A stretch of 12,198 bases of DNA from Octopus sinensis (lineage: Eukaryota), in assembly GCF_006345805.1 (NCBI RefSeq), contig NW_021826677.1, forward strand, positions 1 to 12,198, in the 5' to 3' direction. This document shows positions 1-7,072 of this stretch, in pieces. The position numbers were made by a program, and so were the translations under genes. The notes beneath the pieces were generated by a model, which made no database searches, was not told the origin of the DNA, and saw only the letters and a list, made by a program, of their open reading frames with translations. Positions within the stretch are counted from its first letter, which is position 1. Each line of letters starts with the position of its first letter.

Positions 1-40
1 TATATGTATGTATGTGATGTATATAGGTATGTATGTATAC

Positions 41-287
41 TCTTTTACTTGACCGCGGCAATGATGGAGCGGTGTCTTTTGGTGAAACAAATCGACACAG
101 AATTTATTCTTTACTAGTGCAGTATTTATTCTATCGGTTCCTTTTGTCGAACCGCTAATTTACGGGGACGAAAACACACCAACATCGGTTGCCAAGCGAT
201 GACGAGAGGACAAACACAGACACACAAACAAGGTTTTGGTCAGCCCGAGGCTATAGTAGAAGTCATTTGGCCAAATTGAACCCCGAA

Positions 288-292
<5 letters not shown>
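41..292 (-). mobile_element. Degenerate tRNA-derived SINE, octopus type: 3' body at 41-228 plus internally deleted head fragment at 229-292
   Basis: The sequence tcttttactt...gaaccgctaatttacggggacg..aacacacc..catcggttg..aagcgatg...gacaaacacagacacac, followed by ttggtcagcccgaggctatagtagaag...gaaccata, matches my recollection of an abundant Octopus SINE in reverse orientation. The head fragment is the reverse complement of sequence seen directly at 3670-3712 (ttctactatagcctcggccgaccaaagcc). I cannot assign a family name. Confidence 0.8.

Positions 293-336
<44 letters not shown>
290..336. repeat. (TA)n microsatellite
   Basis: Uninterrupted TA run read directly. Confidence 0.97.
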
Positions 337-337
<1 letters not shown>

Positions 338-639
338 GCATACACGCACATAGATGGATAGGATAGATAAATACATATTGATATGGTAAACTCAAGTTTG
401 ATGGCCATTATTTCCTGGAATGCAAACATGATCTTAGCAAGGTCGGAATTAATAATAACAGCTCATATGAAGTAATTAAATGGAACAATTAGAGAGTTAA
501 TTACTTTGTTTACGATGTATATTATTGCCTCAAGTGGGCGACTGACATGCATTTAACAATGACCAAATTTCTGAGACTCAATCTCTCATACTCTCACGCT
601 TACTCACTTTTATTCTCTAACACACACGCTCCCTGTCTG

Positions 640-897
640 TCTCACGTATGTAAACATATACATATATGCATATATTTATACATACATACATGTATGCATA
701 TACTTATACCATTCTACACATCCTACACATGCATACCCACTCTCTGTATATATATATATAATGTATATATATATATTATATATATATATATAATATATAT
801 ATATATTAATTTATACTATTATATATATATATAATATATATATATATACATATATATATATGTTTTTGTGAGTGTGTGTGTGTGTGTATGTATGTAT
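640..897. repeat. Compound microsatellite and low-complexity tract (CATA/TA/TG/TATG)
   Basis: Read directly. It accounts for ORF 547..834. Confidence 0.9.
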
Positions 898-898
898 A

Positions 899-1218
899 AG
901 GTTAAAGAACCCCGTCGGTCATGAATGGAGCATGAGATTGCACCTAGAAAGTTCCCCTCGGAGGCATAAATCAGAGTAAAGCTGTTTATGGGAGATCAGA
1001 AGCCGCCCATGCATACTGGCCCCTCCCGTCCACGCCACCATTTTATCCAAGGGAAAGGCAAGAGGTCCGATACAGCTTGCAGCAGTGAGGGGTCACAGCT
1101 ATTTCTATCGATTAGTGAACTGGAGTAACGTGAGATAAAGTGTCTTGCCCAAGAACACAACACACAGCTCGGACCAGGATTCGAACTCACAACCTCATGA
1201 TTGTGATTCCAATGCTCA
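899..1218 (-). mobile_element. Second tRNA-derived SINE family, minus strand, 5' end truncated at a (CA)n tract
   Basis: ggattcgaac at 1177-1186 reads GTTCGAATCC on the minus strand, a canonical Pol III B-box. There is no cloverleaf or acceptor stem. The body (gaactggagtaacgtgagataaagtgtcttgcccaagaacacaac; tatccaagggaaaggcaag; gattgcacctagaaagtt) resembles a common octopus repeat as I recall it. Confidence 0.78.
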
Positions 1219-1260
1219 CACACACACACACACACACACATACATACATAAGCACACACA
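1217..1260. repeat. (CA)n/(CATA)n microsatellite
   Basis: Read directly. Confidence 0.95.
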
Positions 1261-1489
1261 AGAGTCAGCTGAAAAGGCACACACAGGATTCTCTTTCAGC
1301 ACAAACATTGTAATTATCTTTTTAATTATATCGAATGAGTAGTAATTATTTGATTTTAAGAAAGTTTTGTTCAGCAATCAAAGAGTGGAGATATTTGATA
1401 TCGTTAAACCAAACAGAAGTAGTAGCTTGACAATCCCGTATTTGCATAATGCATATATAGTTTTATGTATGTGTGTATATCAAATCTAT

Positions 1490-1702
1490 ATATAAATATC
1501 TCAATAGGATATATATACATGTGAATATATATAATATATATATATTATATATATATATAGAGATATATATATATATAGATATATATATATATACATATAT
1601 ATATATATGTATATATATATTATATAATATATTTATATATATATATATATTTATAAAAAATGAAGTTCGAAAATGCTGCTATATTATACAATTTTTAATT
1701 TT

Positions 1703-1755
<53 letters not shown>

Positions 1756-1784
1756 AAAGAGAGAGGAGAGAGAGAGAGAGAGAG

Positions 1785-1860
<76 letters not shown>
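1490..1860. repeat. Compound microsatellite: TA-rich 1490-1751, (AG)n ~1753-1789, (GATA)n 1790-1860
   Basis: Read directly. The GATA run is about 17-18 perfect units, and its counterpart in copy B (~7088-7131) is much shorter. Confidence 0.95.
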
Positions 1861-1861
<1 letters not shown>

Positions 1862-2070
1862 CAGAGAGAGAGAGGAGATGCGTTAGTGTGTGCAAAAATA
1901 TTGGTTCGTTTCTTGTTAAATAAATAACATTGTATTTCTGTGATACAAAATTTATCCACCCATCCTATGCTAAACAACCACTTGAGTTTACAGGCAAACA
2001 AATCACGTCTGTGTTTGTGTGTGTGTGTGTGTCTGTTTCATGTGTTTGTCTGTGTGTTTCTAATACTCAC

Positions 2071-2206
2071 AGCATATGGCATCCGTTTAATAGCAGATCG
2101 GGGAATGTTAAGGTTCGCATTTTGTTTTTCCCTCTTAAGTGCTGACACTCCAAATTTGACCAACTGGTGGATGCTGATAACTATTCCATCGACAAATTCT
2201 GGCCAT
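2071..2206 (-). other. Candidate 136 nt exon, unverified (open frame WPEFVDGIVISIHQLVKFGVSALKREKQNANLNIPRSAIKRMPYA)
   Basis: On the minus strand, cacttcAG precedes 2206 (an alternative tttAG lies 18 nt upstream in the same frame) and a strong GTGAGT donor sits at 2070-2065. The pyrimidine tract is poor and I do not recognise the protein. Confidence 0.25.
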
Positions 2207-2659
2207 CTGAAGTGTTTTGTTTTTCTAAACAATTGTTTTCAAGTATTTTTATATTTTTCAGTATAAAACTGAATACATCCACCCCACCCCCGTCACTACC
2301 ATTATAGTTGACATCACCATCATCAACATCATCGTGTCATTACATGAATTATTAATTAATATTAATATTGTCCGTTAATTAAACATTTTCCAGTATTATG
2401 CAAATTTTATTCTAGTTAATATATATTTCAATTGTTAAAAGGCAAATTTACAGCAGTTACACCGTGGTGAGAATTCTCCCTTCACCTAAAAGTATATAAA
2501 AACGCCATTTCTGTCCAGTGCCAGGATCAGAGACGTTGATGTTTCTAGCACCTTCGCTGTCGAGATGGCGGCACTGGACACATATCTTGTTTTAATAACT
2601 TTTCACCTTGTCGATCAACAGTGGATATATATCAGAAACATATTCACTAACTAGATACA

Positions 2660-2744
2660 ATATATATATATATATAATGTGTGTGTGTGTAATATATAGT
2701 GTATGATTTTATATATATATAATAATATATCTATACATATATAC

Positions 2745-2778
<34 letters not shown>

Positions 2779-2835
2779 TATATATTATATATAATATTTA
2801 TATGTGTGTGTGTGTGTGTGTGTATGTATATGTAT
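2660..2835. repeat. (TA)n/(TG)n compound microsatellite; copy B counterpart ~7938-8098
   Basis: Read directly. Confidence 0.93.
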
Positions 2836-2838
2836 ACA

Positions 2839-3020
2839 TTTTCGTGCTAGGGAAAGTGCCACTGAAGCTATATTCCTGGTAAGGCAGCTGCAGGAGAAAC
2901 ACCTACAAAAGATAAGCCCCTGTGCCTGGCTTTTGTTGACATGGAGAAAGCTTTCGACAGGGTCCCCCGATCCCTTATCTGGTGGTCAATGAGGACACTA
3001 AGGATAGATGACTAGTTAGT
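2839..3020 (+). mobile_element. Non-LTR retrotransposon reverse-transcriptase fragment (RTE-like LINE), disabled
   Basis: Translates FRARESATEAIFLVRQLQEKHL, then a 1 nt deletion near 2906, then KDKPLCLAFVDMEKAFDRVPRSLIWWSMRTLRIDD*LV. This matches the conserved LINE RT stretch with the 'AFVDxEKAFDRV' motif typical of RTE-clade elements. There is an in-frame TAG at 3013-3015. Confidence 0.92.
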
Positions 3021-3299
3021 CGGGACTTGTCGATCCTTACTTTGTGTTTTTGTGTTTCATTTACTTTGCTAGGTAGTCGTTGTAGGATCGACTTGTCACG
3101 ACTAGCTAGCGCGGATGCGCGAGTAAACGAGTGCGCGCCCCGGGACCACTCTTCTTAATTAAATGGTATCCAGATTCCACAGCGGAGAAATCCACCCTTG
3201 TTAAAACATATACACAAAACCCTACCATTTCAGGCTAATTGAACAGAGACCCTACTCTGTGTTACCTCCATCTCTGTCCCCAACAAAGCGGCCACGCCC
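3021..3299. promoter_or_regulatory. CpG-rich, promoter-like island with a Sp/KLF-type GC-box (GGCCACGCCC at 3290-3299); copy B ~8285-8563
   Basis: I count 13 CpGs in 3021-3145 against an AT-rich background. gcgcggatgcgcg at 3109-3121 loosely resembles an NRF1 site. Function is inferred only. Confidence 0.35.
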
Positions 3300-3588
3300 T
3301 TGTAAGTTTCATAACGTACAAAAAAAAACATTAATTTCCTGATCTCATAATTTGGATCACGCACATCTACGATAATTAATATCGTATTATTAATTTATAG
3401 ACACACAGACAGAGTTTAAGATGAAAGGATGTTCATTCAAGCGTTAAATGGTCCCAAATGAAATTAAATGCCTTACCTCAGTTTAGTTTTAAACGGTAGC
3501 AACGTATCCGGGGTTCCAATTAATTTCAAATTTTCTTTTGCCGGATTTAATTTCGATAGCAAGAAAGCGGAGATAACTCTCGAAATAT

Positions 3589-3750
3589 AGGCGGGGTTGG
3601 GGTATGTGTTAAATAGCTTACGTACCAAGCACATGGTTACGTGTTCAGTCCCACTGCGTGGCACCTTGGGCGAGTGACTTCTACTATAGCCTCGGCCGAC
3701 CAAAGCCGTGTGGGTGAGGTAAACGGAAACTGAAGGAAGAACCGTCGTAA
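3589..3750 (+). mobile_element. tRNA-derived SINE head, same family as 229-292; copy B 8852-9016
   Basis: Contains cacatggttacgtgttcagtcccactgcgtggcaccttggg (degenerate B-box region), ttctactatagcctcggccgaccaaagcc and acggaaactgaaggaagaaccgtcg. Confidence 0.85.
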
Positions 3751-3762
3751 ATATGTACATGT

Positions 3763-3865
3763 TTGGCCAGAGAAAACACTTGCCCAAGCTGCCACACAGT
3801 GGGACTGATCTCGGAACCAGGTGGTTGGTAAGTAAGCTACTTACAACTCAGCCACTCCAACGCCT
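3763..3865 (-). mobile_element. Second SINE head of the same family in the opposite orientation; copy B 9030-9132
   Basis: The reverse complement reads aggcgttggagtggctgagttgtaagtagcttacttaccaaccacctggttccgagatcagtcccactgtgtggcagcttgggcaagtg, which aligns along its length to 3589-3685. Confidence 0.88.
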
Positions 3866-3926
3866 AGAGTCTCAAAGATTGAAAATTAATTTAGTATTCT
3901 CTATCTTATCTTTCCATACACCCCCC

Positions 3927-3946
3927 ATACATACATACATACATAT

Positions 3947-4011
<65 letters not shown>
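3927..4011. repeat. (CATA)n/(TA)n microsatellite; copy B ~9196-9241
   Basis: Read directly. Confidence 0.95.
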
Positions 4012-4015
<4 letters not shown>

Positions 4016-4292
4016 CTTTTAGCTGATGGCAGAGATTTATTGTACAGATTAAATAAAGTATATGAAGAGACAGGGTTTATATTTTCTATTTCAGGAAAAA
4101 TTGATTCACAAATTTGAACTTCCTTGAAATATAAAATCCAAAATATTTTCTTTCTTTCAAAGTTATCAACTATTTTTGAGATTCTTTAAAAACATATAAA
4201 CATTCTCTTCTTGTAAACATACTTGAAATCCTGGACACAATTTTTATTGTTTATAAAATGATTTGAGAAAACCAGTATATATGTTCGTGTTC

Positions 4293-4503
4293 ATGTATGT
4301 ATGTATGTTCGTATGTATGTATGTATGAATGTATGTTTGTAAGTATATATGTATGTTCATGTATGTATGTATGTATGTTCGTATGTATGTTCGTATGTAT
4401 GAATGTATGTATGTATGTATATGTATGTATGTATGTATGTATGTTTGTATGTATGTATGTATGTTTGTATGTTTGTATGTATGTATGTATATATGTATGT
4501 ATG

Positions 4504-4536
<33 letters not shown>

Positions 4537-4652
4537 TTGTATGTATGTATGTATGTATGTATGTATGTATGTATGTATGTATGTATGTCTATCTCTCTGT
4601 ATGTATGTATGTTTGCATGTATGTATGTTTGTATGTATGTATGTATGTATGT
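4293..4652. repeat. Long (TATG)n tetranucleotide array with TTTG/TATA variants
   Basis: Read directly. It produces the MYVC-repeat ORFs in all three plus-strand frames. Confidence 0.98.
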
Positions 4653-5565
4653 GAAGTATATAAAAATTTATATAATAAGCAAACTATAAACATATACAAT
4701 AATAAAAATTAGTGTGTAAAATCAGATATACAGTAAATATATAATTACACATTTATTGGATGGGTGTTGATACTCAAGAAGTCCTCCGCCCTTTAGCGGA
4801 TTTTGTTTTTCATCCCTTAGGGAGTTCAGTAAAAACCCTCCTCACCAAGCAAGCTTTGTGTACGTATGTATGTATGTATAGAAAATCCATCATTGAAGCA
4901 TGCTGTAAATGTGTTAGTACCTGATAAACTTGCTACATTTCCGAATATAGTATTTCCACAAATAGATACACTTAAAATATGCGCACGACTTAGAGAGAAA
5001 TAGTGGGGTTCATATGATCGATCAAATATACCAATTTAATGCTCCTGGATGGCCACGCCTCAATGATTAAAACATCTAAATCCCATATTATATAGCTTGA
5101 AATCTCTCCACTGCCACCACCATTTAGTCTGTTAATTTATATCCATCTACAAACGTCACACTCACCCTTCAATTATTATTCATGTCTTTCTTTCTCATCT
5201 ACAATCTACACTTTTACATAATTATTTCCATTTCTCTTTCAATTCACTGGACAATTTCACAGAATTCATCAATAATATTTCGAAATTTAACAAATTATGA
5301 TAGACTATTTTTTTCAAATACAATACTTAAATGTAATCTATAAAACTATAATCTTCTTAAACTTAATTGCATGTTTAACTTGAGTTAATTCTTATCCAGT
5401 AACACTATGGCCAAAGACGTTCTAACCACGACCTTCCCATATTCTTTTTTATCTAATATGTTAACCTCACGCTACATTTCAGACACTCCGTTGTTGATTC
5501 ATATTACTGTTTATAATTATTCAAATTTTAAAATTGAAATAAAATCATTTAAAAAATTTCATTGA

Positions 5566-5675
5566 TTGAAAGACGAAAGAGATAAAATTAGTAGAGTTGT
5601 TATTGGTATTAATGTAACTCTTTGTATTCTGATTTCAAATCCTGCTAAGGTCATTTTGATTTTTATTATGCAAGT
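5566..5675 (+). mobile_element. Old, degraded tRNA-derived SINE relic (third family); copy B ~10850-10955
   Basis: Copy B retains GGGTTCAAATCC at 10915-10926, a B-box, followed by tgctaaggtcaaatttgatttt, which resembles a recalled octopus SINE segment. Copy A has gatttcaaatcc. Boundaries are uncertain. Confidence 0.5.
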
Positions 5676-5746
5676 GTTGGTAAAACAAAATTCTAGCCTG
5701 AAGTGGTGGTCTTCTGGAATTAGATATTGGACGCGATGCCTTGCAG

Positions 5747-5820
5747 TATTTAATGTAGACCTATATTTTTTGAGTTGAAATCCCTATATTAATGTACACC
5801 TCTATTTTATGAGTTGAAAT
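5747..5820 (+). repeat. Two-copy ~40 bp local tandem repeat, also present in copy B (~11031-11104)
   Basis: tatttaatgtagacctatattttttgagttgaaat versus tattaatgtacacctctattttatgagttgaaat. Confidence 0.8.
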
Positions 5821-6369
5821 GCGTGGTTGGTAAAATTCTCGCTTTCTAAGCTTTGAAAAAAAGAAGTTATCAAAAAACAATATTTTAAATTTCACTCGAG
5901 AGTTAGAAAACCAGTGATAACTACCTAAAATATTGTTTCATTAGATGAACATTTCCAGCATTTTAATTACCATGAAAGAGATTTTAAACAGATATAACCA
6001 AATTATATTTAATATTATATTCTGGAAATGAAGAGTTTCTTTACTTATAATATAACACCAGAAAATGTTTAAAATGGTGTGTGTGAAAAGAAAACTGTAT
6101 ATTTACGTTTGAAATTGTTGTAATGAATATTTAACGCTGTAAATGTGTTAGTAAGTTGAGTGTTAAACAAATATATATGAAAAGAAAATTATTTACCAAA
6201 TTCGAAGATTATGTTCTGATTCGGGTTGAAGTTTTTCTATTTCAGAAAATTTCAGCGTCCGCTTTGTTCAAACGACGATGAAAATGTGACACTACCAACA
6301 GTTAAAAGGAAACTTCTAATGAAACAGGATGTAGTAGGCACGACCTCCTCATGTATATGTGTGTCTGTA

Positions 6370-6375
<6 letters not shown>

Positions 6376-6445
<70 letters not shown>
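6376..6445. repeat. (TA)n microsatellite at the end of copy A
   Basis: Read directly. Copy B has only a few TA units at the equivalent site. Confidence 0.95.
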
Positions 6446-6454
<9 letters not shown>

Positions 6455-6636
6455 TCTGTCACCCCGCCACTTTAATGACGATGATGGCCAATTATGGCAA
6501 ATACAGGATTCTGTTTCAGCACAAACATTGTAATTATCTCTTAATTACTTCCAAACAGAAATTATCTCTTTAATTACTAACCAAACAGAAATAGCAGCTT
6601 GACAATCCCGTATATGCATAATGCATATATAGTTTT

Positions 6637-6894
6637 ATGCATATGTGTATATCATTCTATACATCGATATTTCAAAATGCATATATATATACATGTAAAT
6701 ATATATACATATATGTACATATATATATATATATATAGATTATATATATATATATTAATCAATCAATATAAGGGTAACAAAAAATTCAAGAAATATTTTC
6801 TGGCATCAGCGGTCAAGTGAGAAAATAGAATAGTTATATATATATATATATATAATATATATATATATTATATAGAACGTTGTTGAACGTATAT

Positions 6895-6948
<54 letters not shown>

Positions 6949-7025
6949 TCTATATATATATATTTACATGTATATATATATGCATTTTGAAATATCGATA
7001 TGTAGAATTATATACACACATGCAT
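6637..7025. repeat. Inverted repeat (fold-back) with arms at 6637-6707 and 6955-7025
   Basis: 6663-6707 is the exact reverse complement of 6955-6999 (45 bp). The outer 26 bp match at 22 of 26 positions. Confidence 0.93.
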
Positions 7026-7034
7026 GTATGTACA

Positions 7035-7072
<38 letters not shown>

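Larger units (their letters stand above)
1276..6380 (+). repeat. Copy A of a ~5.2 kb direct tandem segmental duplication
   Basis: Colinear anchors with copy B: acaggattct at 1283/6503; ttttcgtgctaggg at 2839/8103; aggcggggttgggg at 3589/8852; ttgaaagac at 5566/10850; cgtccgctttgttc at 6256/11331. Offsets are 5075-5284 because of indels. End points are approximate. Confidence 0.97.

Noticed and set aside
399-411. tgatggccattat matching tgatggccaattat at 6482-6495, which might extend the duplication leftward
   Set aside because: The match is too short and the flanks do not align, so it is compatible with chance.
1160-1218. tRNA gene suggested by GTTCGAATCC on the minus strand
   Set aside because: There is no acceptor stem or D-arm, and the sequence continues into a SINE body.
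160-1895. ORFs rich in YI, CV, HT, LSIY and ER repeats, and the similar ones at 6351-7282, 7930-8166 and 9168-9374
   Set aside because: They are translations of TA, TG, CA, GATA and AG microsatellites and of SINE sequence.
2466-2486. Palindrome gagaattctc as a heat-shock element
   Set aside because: It does not form three alternating nGAAn units.
2565-2585. ggcactgg resembling the miR-183/263 family
   Set aside because: The seed context does not match (gcggcac rather than atggcac or ttggcac), the rest of the mature sequence is absent, and the hairpin interior pairs poorly.
2804-2992. ORF 2804..2992 (and 8056..8256) as a gene
   Set aside because: The ATG comes from a microsatellite, and the frame leaves the true RT frame at the ~2906 deletion. 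It is a LINE relic.
3021-3100. 7SK-like GAUC/GAUC stem
   Set aside because: Only the 4 nt motif is shared. I see no 7SK 5' end, 3' stem or Pol III terminator at the expected positions.
3473-4022. ORFs 3473..3787 (-) and 3753..4022 (+), and their copy B equivalents, as genes
   Set aside because: Most of their length reads through SINE heads and microsatellite. Only 3477-3588 remains as a possible exon.
4297-4712. Long ORFs of 83-130 aa (MYVC repeats) here and at 9566-9995
   Set aside because: They are pure translations of (TATG)n, which lacks stop codons. There is no evidence of coding function.
4785-4800. tccgc-ccttta-gcgga hairpin after the TATG array as a Helitron/Helentron 3' stem-loop
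   Set aside because: A 5 bp stem is common by chance, and I found no CTRR end or subterminal inverted repeats.
6252-6352. Box C/D snoRNA on the minus strand (ATGAGGA ... CTGA)
   Set aside because: The C box is imperfect, there is no terminal stem, and I recognise no rRNA-complementary guide.
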